Source: Hypanus sabinus (taxonomy: Eukaryota). Taken from it: a DNA stretch of 64,000 nucleotides. Each line of letters opens with the position of its first letter. The first letter of the stretch is position 1. Below the pieces are notes generated by a model. That model was not told the origin of the DNA, did not search any database, and saw only the letters and a list, made by a program, of their open reading frames with translations. The stretch covers positions 42,656,001-42,720,000 of the forward strand of contig NC_082727.1 in the NCBI RefSeq assembly GCF_030144855.1. The letters are read 5' to 3'. Position numbers and translations under genes: made by a program. Below are positions 38,225 through 51,499 of this stretch, piece by piece.

Positions 38225-41200
38225 GTTTTCACACTATATGTTAATGATCTGGATGACAGAATTGATGGTTTTGTGGCTAAGTCTGTGGACGATATGTAGA
38301 TAGGTAAAAGGGCAGGTGGTGTTGAGGAAGATGTTAGTCTGCAGAAGGATTTGGACAGATTAAGAGAATGGGCAAAGAAGTGGCAGGTGGAATACAGTGG
38401 ACAGAAGTGTACGCTTGTGCACTTTGATAGAAGGAATAAAAATACAGCCTGTTTTCTAAATGGGGAGCGAATTCAAAAATCAGAGGTGCAAAGTGACTTG
38501 GTAGTCCTTGTGTAGGATTCCCTAAAAGTTAACTTGCAGGCTGAGTCAATGGTAAGGAAGGCAAATGCAATGTTAGTATTATTAATTTCTTTCTCGATGG
38601 GCTGCAATCAGCATGAGAGTTTGTTCATTGGTTATGCAGCCGGAGGTTTGAGAAGAGCTCGGTTGCTTTTCAACTCCTTTTTGGCAGGCTGCAATCAGAA
38701 CAAGCAGTCATTTGCTGCTGACAGCGCATGGTTTGAAAAGAGCTCAGTTGCTTCTTGGCTGTCTTTTGGTCAGTGCAAGACATCATTTGTGAGTGACACA
38801 GTGCAAGGTTTAAAAAGGGCTCGGGTGCTTTTTGGTTCTTCCTCAGCACGCTGCAATCAATAAACAGGAGGCGTATGCTGAGCTGCTGCTGTTGCGGGGG
38901 CAATGTCAGACTGATCTGGCTTTGGCTCAACAGGCTTGAGCAAACACAGACAGAGGCTCTAAGTAAGTAAGATTTTAGCACATAGAAAGTACACTGAGAA
39001 TGGGTTCGGCAGTAGTGGTGTGCTTTTTGTGTGAGATGTGGGAACTCTGGGAGACCTCCAGTCTCAGTGAAAACTACATTTGTACAAAGTGCATCGAGCT
39101 GCAGCTCCTTAGAGCCCATGTTGAAGAATTGGAGCTGTAGCTTGATGACTTTCGGCTCAAATAGGAGAATGAGGAGGTGATAGCTTGGAGTTACAGTGAG
39201 GTAGTCACGACCCTGAATTGCAGGAGGCAGGTACCTGGGTGGCTGTCAGGAGAGGGAAGAGGAATAGGCAGCCAGTGCAGCGTATCTCTGGTCATTCACC
39301 TCAGTAATAAGTATACTGCACCGCTTTAGATACTGTTGAAGCAGGCAACCTACCGGGGCTACAGTGACCAGGTCTCTTCCTCCGATTCTGGCTCTGTGGC
39401 TCAGAAGGAAAGGCCGGGGGGTGAAGAAGAGGGCAGTAGTGAGAGGGGATTCCAAAAGCAAAGAAGCAGAAAGCAAAGTCTGTGGACGTGAAAGAGACAC
39501 CCTGAATGGTATGTTGCCTCCCAGGTGCAAGAGTCAGGGACGTCTCTGATCGGGTCCACAACATCCTAAAGGGGAAGGGTGAACCGTCAGAAGTTGTGAT
39601 ATATATTGATACCAACAACATAGGTAGGAAAAGGGAGGTGGTCCTGAAGAGAGAATATGGGGAGTTAGACAGAAATGTGCAAAGCAGGATATCCAGGGTA
39701 GTAACCTCTGGATTGCTGCCTGTGCCACATGCCAGTGAGGGTTAGAATAAGATGACCTGGTTAATGAATGCATGGCTGAAGAATTGATGCAGGGGTTGGG
39801 TTTAATTTTTCTGGATCATTGGGATCTCTTCTGGGGAAGGTATGGCCTGTAAAAAAAGGATGTTACACCTGCACCAGAGGGGGACTATTATCCTTTTGGG
39901 CATGTTTTCTGGAGCTGTTGAGGAGGGATTAGACTAATTTGGCAGGGGAACTTGAGTGATAGGGTTGAGGATGGGGCAGTAGGTATTCAACTGGCAGCAG
40001 TATTTAGTGAGATTGTGAGGAAGGACAGGCTGATGATAGGGCAAAATTGCTGTCAGTGGGATGAGGTGCAGTGCAACAGGAGGGCAAAATCAAAATCAAA
40101 AGTTTTACATTTGAATGCACACATACGGAATAAGGTAGATGATCTTGCAGAGCGTTAGAGATTGGCAGGTATGATGTTGTGGCATCTCTCAGTCATGGCT
40201 GAAGGAAGATCATAGTTTGGAGCTTAACATCCAAAGATACACATTGAATCTTAAGGATTGGTATGTAGGCAGAGGAGGTGGGGTGACTGTTGGTAAAAAA
40301 ATAAAGTCAAATGCTTTGAAAGAGGTGACACCGGATCGGAAGACGTAGCATCCTTGTGTGCAGAGTTAAGAAACTGCAAGGGTAAAAAGATCCTGATGGG
40401 TGTTATATACAGGCTTCCGAACAGTAGCAAGGATGTGGGCTACAACTTACAATGAGAAATAGAAAAGGCTTGTAAAAAGGGCAATGTTGTGACGATCATG
40501 AGAGATCACAATATGTGGGAGGATTGGGAAAACCAAAAGGGAATTTGTAGAATGCCTATGAGATTTTTTTTAAAGAAGCTTGTGACTGTGTCCACTAGGG
40601 AATCAGCTATTCTGGATTTGGTGTTATATAATGAACCAGATTTGCTTAGAGAGTGTAGGATAAAGGAACCCTTAGGAGAGTGATCGTAATATCATAGAAT
40701 TCACCTTGCAGTTTGAGAAGAAGCTAAAATCAGATGTATTGGTATTCCAGTGGAGAAAAGGGAATTACAGAGACATGAGAGAGGAGCTGGCCAAAATTGA
40801 ATGGAGTAGCAATGACTGGTATTTCTGGGGGCAATCCAGAAGGTGCATGAAAGATACATTCCAAAGAGGAAGAAGTATTCTAATGGGAGGATGAGGCAAC
40901 CATAGCGGACAAGGGAAGTCAAAGACAGCACAAAAGCTATAAAGAAGGATGAGGATCAGAGTACTTGGAGGTACAGGATAAAATTGGCCAATATCAGCAT
41001 GACTTTCTGAAGGGGAAATTCTGATGATAAATATCACTGAAACCTATTGAATATTGAAAGGTCTAGACAGAGTGGATGTAGAGAGGATGTTTCCTACAGT
41101 GCGGAGTGTAGGACCAGTGGGCACAGCCTTAGAATAGAGGAATTCATTGCCACAGATGGCTTTGGAAGCCAAGTGAGTGGGTGTATTTAAAAGAGAGGTT

Positions 41201-41340
41201 GAGAGGTTATTAATTAGTAAGGCTGTCACAGGTTATGGGGAGAAGGCAGTAGAATGGGCTGAGAGGGTTACTAAATCAGCTATGATGGAATGGCGGAGCA
41301 GATTTGATGGGCCGAATGGCTCAATCCTGCTCCGATGTCT
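38225..41340 (+). mobile_element. CR1 cluster: RT fragment (38225-38580), then an internally deleted CR1 with 5' UTR, ORF1 (zinc finger / SGNH esterase), APE endonuclease remnant and 3' end
   Basis: MVCCLPGARVRDVSDRVHNILKGKGEPSEVVIYIDTNNIG (ORF1 esterase); TRESAILDLVLYNEPDL...EPLG (endonuclease C-terminus). Confidence 0.88.
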
Positions 41341-41434
41341 TTTTTTTATATGTTTAATTTAAGAAAGCTACCCCTTACTGCCATCCTCCCTTTCTCTGCC
41401 TGCTCTGTAAACAGGTTGCTGAAATTGGCTAGCA

Positions 41435-42665
41435 ACAACACACACAAAATGCTGGTAGAACACAGCAGGCTAGGCAGCATCTATACGGAGAAGCGATGTT
41501 GACATTTCGGGCTGAGACCCTTTGTCAGCACTAACCGAAAGGAAAGATAGCAAGAGATTTGAAAGTAGTTGGGGGAGGTGGAAATGCGAAACGATAGGAG
41601 AAGACCGGAGGGGGTGGGATGAAGCTAAGAGCTGGAAAGGTGATTGGGGAAAGTGATACAGAGCTGGAGAAGGGAAAGGATCATGGGACGGGAGGCCTCA
41701 GGAGAAAGAAAGGACATGGGGGGGGGGGGAGCACCAGAGGGAGATGGAGAACAGGCAAACAACTAAATATGTCAGGGATGGGGTAAGAAGGGGAGGGGGG
41801 CACTAACGGAAGTTAGATAAGTCAATGCTCATGCCATCAGGTTGGAGGCTACCCAGCCGGTATATAAGGTTTGGATTCATTTTGACAGTAGAGGAGGCCA
41901 TGGATAGACATATCAGAATGGGAATGGGACGTGGAATTAAAATGTGTGGCCACTGGGAGATCCTGCTTTTTCTGGCGGACCCAGCGTAGGTGTTCAGCGA
42001 AACGGTCTCCCAGTCTGCATCAGGTCTCACCAATATATAAAAGGCCACATCGGGAGCACCGGACGCAGTATACCGCACCAGCCGACTCACAGGTGAAGTG
42101 TCGCCTCACCTGGAAGGACGTTCTGGGGCCCTGAATGGTGGTGAGGAAGGAAGTGTAAGGGCAGGTGTAGCACTTGTTCCGTTTACAAGGATAAATCCCA
42201 GGAGGGAGATCGGTGGGAAAGGATGGGGGGGGGAATGAATGGACAAGGGTGTCGCGTAGGGAGCGATCCCTGCGAAAAGCAGAAAGGGGGGGGGAGGGAG
42301 GGAAAAATGTGTTTGGTAGTGGGATCACGTTGGAGGTGGCGGAAGTTACGGAGAGTTATATGTTGGACCTGGAGGCTGGAGGGATGGTAGGTAAGGACAA
42401 GGGGAACCCTATCCCGAGTGGGGTGGCGGGTGGATGGGGTGAGGGCAGATGTGCGGGAAATGGGAGAGATGGGTTTGAGAGCAGAGTTGATGGTGGACGA
42501 AGGGAAGCCCCTTTGCTTAAAAAATGGAAGACATCTCCTTCGTCCTGGAATGAAAAGCCTCATCCTGAGAGCAGATGCGGCTGAGACGGAGGAATTGTGA
42601 GAAGGGGATAGCCTTTTTGCAAGCGACAGGGTGGGAAGAGGAATAGTCCAGGTAGCTGTGAGAGT
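41435..42665 (-). mobile_element. Relatively young Penelope-like element
   Basis: HFTCESAGAVYCVRCSRCGLLYIGET (GIY-YIG), DRVPLVLTYHP, LIYRLGSLQPDGMSIDLSNFR; many CpGs retained. Confidence 0.92.
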
Positions 42666-42669
42666 CAAA

Positions 42670-43600
42670 GTTGGCTGCTGTTTCGAAGGTGACGATGCGG
42701 AGGTCTTAACACGTTTACAGCTCGCTACAGGAGCACGGCGCCGCAAGTCTTGCAATCACTGTTACCGCTGCAGCACATTATCGGCACTGCTGTAATGCAG
42801 GATGTTAATCTACTTCAGCACTACTAATTCCAAAAAAGTGCATTTACATCTCTGAAATTCAGGGCAAAAAAACCCCTTAAAATAATCGGCACTTTGCCAA
42901 TTGAAGCTGAACAAACACTTGCAAAGATTTAGATGAAAATAAAATAAGACTGATAGAAATAAATTAAAATAACGGTTAATCTCTTTATAACTCTCAGTAA
43001 TATGAATACACTTTTTAAAAATTCTGAAGAACATATCAAATCACTCCACAAGAAACCACCCTTCCTTCTGAATTTCAGTGTGGGCAACGGTCCCGAAATT
43101 GGGAACGCAGCGTTACAATGTTCCAAATCACGACATTCAACGTAAACTCTCGACCAGTTCTGAAATGCCTTGCGGTTTACAGATCTCACTCTCTCCAAGA
43201 CACCAACGTTGATTGCCGTGCACTAATCTACCGCCAGTCTGTACAGTCGACTAATACCTAGCAAAAGTTACAAATTGGGAGTTTGAGCCTTTGAAGACGA
43301 CACCATTGTATTGACTAATGTTATGTAAAGCGTTATCGTAAACAGGGCATGACTCACAGATCTAACAGCCAGTTCTGTCAGCTGTTAACTGCCTTTGAAG
43401 AAGTCTCCAGGAACACCGCTGGAGTCTGAGAGCCTGTCCTCAAGCAATAGAAACCAGCAGAGAAAAACATAATCATTGCGAGTAGGTGTGAAACTTCGGG
43501 GGACAGTAATTGAAGCAACAGGAATTAGATGCAATCATCAATGGACAGCTCCTCCTGTTGTGTACGTTTGGTTGGAACAGCTATGCCTAAAGTGATTTAA
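42670..43600. promoter_or_regulatory. Candidate downstream enhancer / orphan CpG-rich region
   Basis: GGCGCCgcaaGTCT at 42737-42750, two CCTTTGAAG sites (43288, 43392), CATTGT at 43304; locally elevated CpG with no recognisable repeat. Confidence 0.4.
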
Positions 43601-44269
43601 GATCCCTATAATTGGATTTATGTAAACTGAAAAAAATACGATTATGAACCTGTTGACAAATGGTAGCAATTAATTCTCTTTTCGAAAATATATTTAACTT
43701 GCAAAATATGCATTCAAATGTCACTTCAGGCGATATCACATTTGCTTAAATATTACATCAGCATGGTATCTATTTTCTCGTTTTTTTTTGTGCAACATAG
43801 AATGAAGCCATTCGGAGAATCTGTTCTGTATTGGTTCTCCGAGCAAAATCCCATTAATCCCATACTCCCATTTATTTCCCTGTAGCCTCTTCCATTCCAT
43901 ATGCCCATGGATACTCTTACCCATGGATACAAAATGCTGGAGGAACTCAGCAAGTCAGGCAGCATCTTTGGAGGGAAATGAACAGTTGTTTTGGACTGAA
44001 CCCGTTTGTCAGGACAGGAACGGAAGGGGGTAGGAATAAAAATAAGGGGGTAGGAATTAGAAAAAAAGGGTAGGAAGGGGCAGAACTCAATATGGTAGAA
44101 TATAGTTGAGTGGGGAGGTAGCTGGTAACATCAAAGGCACAAAACATCAGATACAAAACATACATAACAAAAACAAATTACACACAGGTTTTATAAGAAA
44201 GAACATAATTAGAACAAAAAAAGGCATAATAGTATTCCTGTACTGAGGTGGTGGTTAGAGTAGTGAGGA

Positions 44270-45610
44270 CACTGCTGGAAAATTGAGCACCATTACCTAC
44301 AAAAACGATATGGAAGCACTAGGGGCAGTCCAAAGGAGATGCTTGGATTAAAGGGTCATCATATTGAGGAAAGCTAGATAATAAGGGTCTTTATTTTTTG
44401 GAGTTCAGAAGAATGAAGGATGACCTTGTATAAGATACTAAGGGTCTTGATGGGGTAAATATTAGGATACTGCACAGGAACAGGCCCACCATGTCTGCGC
44501 CAAGCATGGTGCCAAGCTAAAGAATCCATTTGCCTGCTCCTGGTTTGCAGCTCTCAATTTCCTGGCTATTTACGTGTCTGGTAAAATGCCTCTTAAATAT
44601 TACTAACATTTCTACTTCTATCACCTGCTCTGACAGCATATTATAGGTATCTCCTTCTCTGTGTAAAATAAAATTGCTTCACAAATCTCCTTTGAAATTT
44701 TCTCCTCTCATCTCAGACTTACGCTCTGCAATATATGACCTTTCCACCCTGAGAAAAACTCTATCTACCCTTTCTATGCCTCTCATATTTTTGCAATATT
44801 TACTTTTTTCAGACTCTGATGCTCTAGACAAAATAATCTAATCTCTTTTTACAAACCTGACACACCCTAATCCAGACCATGTCCTGGTGAGACTATTCTG
44901 CATCCTCTATAAAGCCTTCAGATATTTATTGAATTGCACACAGCTCCTTAGAAGGGGCCTAAACAAAAGTTTTATATAGCCACAGCATGCCTTCCCAACT
45001 TTGATACTCAATGCTCCAATCAATGAAGGCATGCTTGCCAAATGCTTTCTTTACTATATGATCTATTTGTGTTACAACTTTTTGGAAACTATGGACTTGC
45101 ACACCAATATCTCTCTACTCATCATTGTTCCTCATGGGTGCTATTTACTGCATACTTCCCTCTTGCATTTGACTTCCCAAAATATGTCATTTCATATTTT
45201 GGGAATTAAGTTCTATTCACCATTTCTCTGGCCAAATTTCCAACTCTATGTCTAACTGTATTCTTGTTCACAGATCTCCAATCAGAGAAATACATATCCA
45301 CCACTACCCTCTGTCTTCTATGACCAAGCCAAATTTGTAACCATCTTACCAACTCAATGTGGATCCCATGTGACTTAATCTTCTGTTCCAGCACACCGAG
45401 GGACCTTGTCAAATACTACAGTCCAAGTAGACAACATTGCGTGTACTCAAAATGTTGAGATGTTTCACTATTTGGAGAGTCAGGAACAAGGGGAAATCGT
45501 TCCAAAATTAGGAACCAGTCATTTAAAACTGAGGTGTATAGATGTTCACTTTCCTCGAGGGTATTATTTGTCCCTGAGCATATGAAGTCCAAATTATTAG
45601 GAACTTTAAT
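44270..45610. mobile_element. Nested decayed CR1 fragments (- strand copy inside + strand copy)
   Basis: KIKSHGIHIELVRWLQIWLGHRRQRVVV on the minus strand; CR1 3' motifs on the plus-strand flanks. Confidence 0.65.
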
Positions 45611-48600
45611 ATGATAAGAGATGAATGTTAGAAAGATTGAGGAACTGAGAAACTTGTGTAGACAAATTGAGATCAGACATAAATGTATTAACTGGCCAGC
45701 TGGCTAAAGCGATCTGCTGGCATATACCTGCTCCTATTTTCTTGTGTACCTGTGTTTCCCTTCTCCAATGAGTCTCTGCACAGGCTGCACCGAGCTTTCC
45801 TGTGCTCTCCTGGATGTACCTGGATCTTGGAAGTTTTCATTTTGCAACAGTCGACTGTGGACAGAGTTTTGTGTTGAAAGACAAATTTCAGACAGACTCA
45901 AAACTGATCTTTCAGCAACAGTTAGCACTTGTCTCAGCACGAGTTCCTGAGAGTAGCCTGCAGAACACAGAGAACTGTGAAATGTAACCTCAGTAAAATA
46001 ATTACATCTCTTTCCAGAGCTTACTGGCAAATGCACATTGCAGAAGGAGATGATGATCTTAATTTTACTAAAGCCACTTTGGAGGTGGTGTGCAGTAATG
46101 CAAATACTTTAGCTGTACATGTAGGACCTGACAGCAAGGGTCATTCTCACCAGCCATGCAAGATCACTGTGCTTGTTTTAAAGTTCAGGTGATGAAATAT
46201 TCTGTTCAATAACTCTGATGGTCTGAATCAGTCATGAGCATAGTACCGCATGTTCTCTGTATTTTATATATAGTTGTTCCGCTCTGCGCGTTGTGGCACA
46301 TTGGGTGGCAATCTTGCTGTTTCTTTAGCATTTGTCTGTTTTTTACAAGGCCGAGTTGCTAACTTGATGATCAGCACAGCTCAGATAGAAAGCATGCCAG
46401 GAGCTGGCTGAATTTAAACCGGGACTACAGGTATTTGCCTTTAAGTCTGGTGCAGATACCACTACACTGGCATAAACATTGTTTTTATTTGCACAGTTTG
46501 TCTTCTTTTGCACATTGGTTTATTTATACTTGTTTTTTTTCAAAAATTTGTTTATACTTCTTTATTTTTATGTCAATTCCTACAAGAAAATGAATCACAA
46601 CATAGTATGCTGTGACATATACAGTGTTATGTACTTTGACAATAAGTTTACTTCCACTTGCGTGGGGAGCCCTTGAAGATCCATTCTCACCTTTCCCCAG
46701 CCTATGAGGACATTCCAGGCAGACAATGTCTGATCAACTGTGATCAGAAGAGTTCTTCCATACAAATGTTTCCATGAATGACATTTGGTATGACATGATC
46801 CAACTGAATGGAAAGTTCCATGGCAGTGGAACATTCCTACACAGCACTGGGGACAGAGAGAACCACACCAAAGGGACGTTGATGTTGGCATACCCAGGAT
46901 CTATGCACACCATCAGTCAACCACTCACATAGCTATTAGTATGAGAGCCATCCCATCACCATCACGCCCCAATGTCCTTGAAGATTTTTACTTCACATTT
47001 CTGCAGACAAAATTCTCTCCTGTATTCTAGATGAAATGAAAAATGGCTCAGGTGACTGCAACAGCTTGACGGTGAATTGTGGACCACATCTGCTCCATCA
47101 GCTGGACAGAATAAATGCAGAATGATGACAAGAAGGGCCATAGAGGTCAGGTTTATCCAGTGGTTTTGCTCCTGAGCATGGTTTACTTACCACATACAAA
47201 TTCCCCATTACCCTTAATCGAACAAAACATCAACACCAGAGTTTCTTTATCTCAAGATTAAACATACCAAGAAGAAAAAATAGTATCATCGCACTGAAGC
47301 AAAGGCAACTTTTCAGCACTAAAGGAGAGTTGAAGTGTTAAGTGTTAGAAGCTCACAGTTCCTAGGATTTCTCTTCCAATGTTTATCTCAAAGTACACTC
47401 AGAAGCAGAGATCCCATTCTGTAGGCAATACTTCTAAATTCTAGGGGTTCTACCATGTCTGTTGTATGACAGTTCAGCATATCACCCTATTTTAAAACAT
47501 TTCATTCACACTAATCTTTGTACAAAGTATATAGTTGTTTGCATTGATACAGATAACAAATTGTGTTAATATACTTTATTTCATATTTATTTCCAAACAT
47601 TTAAAACAATGCCAAATACAGGTGATTAACCTTTATTTCAGAACAATGTTAATTTATAGTGCATGCATTTCAGTGATACACATAATTCAAACACAATATG
47701 TGACTGATAAACTGCAGAAGACTGCACTGTCAGAGCAGTAAAGCCTTGTGATACCTATTCTGCTTATAGCTCATGCATATACTTGTAGAATAAATGGACG
47801 GACTTGATCTGAGGGTGGGAAACAGATGACGATCCTGAATGAAAATATCAGAGGGTAGCTGAGTTTAGCTGTTGGGTTTCAACTGAATCTCATCCACAAG
47901 TGGCTCCTTAATAACCAGCCAATAAGTGAAGGGGTGCAAAGGTTACCCACAGTTTCAGAGGGTGCAAGCCTGTGGGCATCACTGCTCAGAAATAACCATG
48001 GCAGTTCTGGGGTGTACAATGGGAAAGATGTAGAAAAGAGTGTCCAAGAGAACAAGGTCTGGGTTTCTGAGTGGAACCTGGAAATGGACTTCCATAAGTT
48101 GCTTACATCATCAGACTTGTTTCTTATTTGGTTCACCTGGCTGGTCAGCTGTGACTGATATCCGACTCAGGAAATCACTAAAATTCTGTTGATTTTGCAT
48201 GCATGTTATTTAACCTTAATTTATATCTGTATATTTGAGCTAGATTTCAGAGTCTGGCATTTTCATTTCTCTATTCCAATTATGCTAATTTAGAGAGATA
48301 AAATTGCTTTCATATATTCAAGTAATTCTTTCAGGCAGTTCCAACAGTTGAAAACTACAAATTTGTTAAAATATGTACCATTTCATGTTGAAATAAAAGC
48401 AATTTCTATACACTGATATACATGTTATCTCTCTCTGCAATACCATTAATGCTACCTTTTTTTAAAACAGCATTAACAATTGAAACAAGTCAATGAATGT
48501 CTAAAGAATCACCTTGCTTGTAAAGTGCAATAAAATCAACTCAAATATACTAACAGTATGTGTTACTGCCACATTATGTCATCAGTTATCTTTTCATTTA

Positions 48601-51110
48601 TTCTTCTGGATCCATTAACTCTTCAACAGGGAAAAGATCTTCAGCCTATACAGTCCTCCACAGCTTCACTAATCTTTATCTTTTGATGACATCTTACAGA
48701 CAAATAATGTGACACAGTAAAGCTTCATTATCTATCATGCTGCATTTAATGACTGTCCTGTAACTGGGCAGAGCGGGGAGGCAGGAAGACAAGAAAATCT
48801 GCGGTTGCTGGAAATCCAAGCAACACACACAAAATGCTGGAAGAACTTGGAAGGTCAGGCAACACCCGTGGAAAAGTGTAAATAGTCAATGTTTTTGGTC
48901 GAGACCATTCATCAGGACAGTCAATTTTATTAAGATGATGTCAGTGTTTTTTTGTTACAGTCATTGATTTTATACATATAAATTAAATGCAACTATCTTG
49001 CAGGGCTTTGACACACAGACAATTCCTTTCCCACTACAGACGCTGCTTGACCTGCTGAGTTCCTCCAACAGATTATTTGTTTCTCCAAATTCCAGCATCT
49101 GCCCCAGATATTTCAGTCTCTTGTGCACTGTCCAGTAAATTGCACTTCTTTTCCTGTAGAAATCAATCTGTTTTTATTGGAAGAAGCTGCTGTGGTTTAT
49201 GTGCCCTCAACACTACATAATCTCTCTGAGTAAAAATTGCTTTAGACTACTCTACAACATACACTTTAACAGACTGTTGACTGGTGTCAATAAATATTTT
49301 GCATTAAGTACAGAGGGAGTCGATGAGTAACTTGAGGATTGAAGGTTGAAGGCAGAGTACAGATATTGCTTGAGGGAGAACTGGTCAGGATGATGACACT
49401 TTTATTGCTCAGGCTCTTGGTTTACAAAGGGGGCTGAGAGGATCCAGGATGTGGGTTGTCGCGGTTGGTCTACTGACAAGAATGTGCCAAGGATGCTGGC
49501 AAAGGATTAACGTCAGCTCCCACAATATCAAAATGGGCACACCACCAAGCACAGTGTACGTCTGTCCCTGGCCTCAGATGGCAGTCAATTTCTCACACTC
49601 AATGTTGGAAGTTCGTGCTCCTCACTCAGGGCTTCCACAGTCCACAGCAATAATGAGGAGTAGGAGAGAGGCTAGCAGAGAGCCAGTCATACCTCTACTC
49701 ACCTTTCTGACATCCAGTACTTCATGAAAGACTGACTCAGCTTGAGTGCTTGTTGCCTGCGATATGTTGCTATATACTGGGTCAGGTTTATTCAACAAGT
49801 AGAATGCGTGGGACAGTCACTCTCAAACCAAATTTGCATTTATCTACCCAGACCGCTCACTCATTTCTTGTGCTTGTTGTACCTTTTTTAGGTATCTCAT
49901 CCAAATCCAGGAATCTCAAAGTTGTAGCCAGTGGTGAATGCGTACAAGCAAGCTTTATGAAAGTGGGCTACATGCCCATTAATGGAAAGGCAAATCAAAG
50001 ACACACAAAATGACTTCAGTATTCTGCCTGACCCAACCTCCATTTTTGTCTATTTTCTTTCTTTTTGCTTTGTGCTAACTCACTTTAAATTGTCCAATAT
50101 CATACTCTATGTTCATGCACCTTCCCAAAGATGGTGCTGTAACAATTGGATGCTTTGACTGTTCAGTGATTTTATTTAGAAGTGCAGTTTCGTACCATGT
50201 GTGGAGACTTTATTGCTGTTTTGATTTCCCGTCTCTCAGTGGGGAGTTCCAAATTGTTGAGAAGCAAGCAGGTTTCTTCACTATTTACCAAAGACAGCAC
50301 GGAATGTTTAATGTAATATTTAAGTATTATTCAGTCAAATATGTTGATTGCAATGTTTCATGATTTTGTAGTAAATAAATTGTGAAATTTTAGGCTCAAA
50401 TTCAAAACATCCAAAATATACATCACCTAATTCACAAAGTATGTATTAAACAAATTACAACCTTGTCTTTACATTTCATATTTTCCTATAATATGGTAGG
50501 GCATTTGGCGCATCGAGTCTATGCCAACTTTCTCATCCATATTATTCCCCTGCAGTCTTTTCTCTCTCACACATCCATGAAATGCCCCATGATTCTCTTT
50601 TGACCCAGCAAATCTGAGCCATTTGCGGAACCCAGACTGGTTGTGGCAAACTAAACCCATGTAGTCACAGGGAAAACATGCATTTTGGACTCATTTAAGT
50701 ATAACTAAATAGCTTCAGTTGGTGACTGAAAAATTAATTTTAGATTCCTACATTAATTATAAGATTAGTGAAGTTACCTGGATTATGTTAGGTTAAGTGT
50801 ATTAAATGAAAAATTGAGTCCCAGGGAGTTGACATCAGGGAAGTATTTGTTAAATTTAAGTTGTTTGGTGTCAATTGTTTCCCACTAATTCTAAAGAGTA
50901 ACTTCAAAAATATTGTAGCTCTCTGGCATTTTAAATTGTTCATACAAATCAATTATTTTTGTGAAATATAAAATAACTCTCAAAAGGCGCAGCTGTTTTT
51001 TTAAAGAATAAATTAGTCTTTTTACTAATAACACAAGTAAATGTAATATTCAGAAGGACACCAATCAGTCATCTCCTGAATCAAATAAGTACCTTATTGT
51101 TGGTCTAACA

Positions 51111-51342
51111 TCACTGAAATGTTGCTTTCATTTTGCGTAGTGTGTCTTGAATCTTACGTGAGTGCCTTTCAGTTGATGATTTGTAGAAATTATTCTTATT
51201 TTCTGCAGCAAGAACATGAATGTCTACTTCACTGAAATGAGATATTTGCTGTCTCAGATGAGTTTGCAGCTCCAGGTCAGGAGTGAATGTGTAGGATTTT
51301 TCTTGAAAGGCTTGAATCTGACTAACCACCTTTGCTATTTTC
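51111..51342 (-). CDS. kndc1: KNDC1 terminal coding exon
   Basis: Acceptor gtatttttaaaag|G (phase 2). Encodes KIAKVVSQIQAFQEKSYTFTPD...RHSRKIQDTLRKMKATFQ*; I recognise this MKATFQ C-terminus as KNDC1. Confidence 0.92.
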
Positions 51343-51499
51343 CTTTTAAAAATACAAAAATATACAAAAATACAGAATTACTTGTCCCGTTTGCAGAAAA
51401 ATAGTGCAAAAGCATTGCAAAAAACAATATAAAACTTTAATAATACTAATGAAGTCACAATGCCCAAATGTCAACGTCAAGATGACATTGTTTATAGAG

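Noticed and set aside
47773-47784. atgcatatactt, resembling part of miR-202-5p (MIR202 neighbours VENTX in human)
   Set aside because: Only a 12-nt match, the seed (ttcctat) is absent and there is no complementary 3p arm. I saw no mir-202 hairpin in the window.
47879-48136. Possible extra minus-strand exon downstream of the kndc1 stop
   Set aside because: KNDC1 already ends at MKATFQ*, and no frame gives a recognisable peptide. It may simply be 3' UTR or intergenic.
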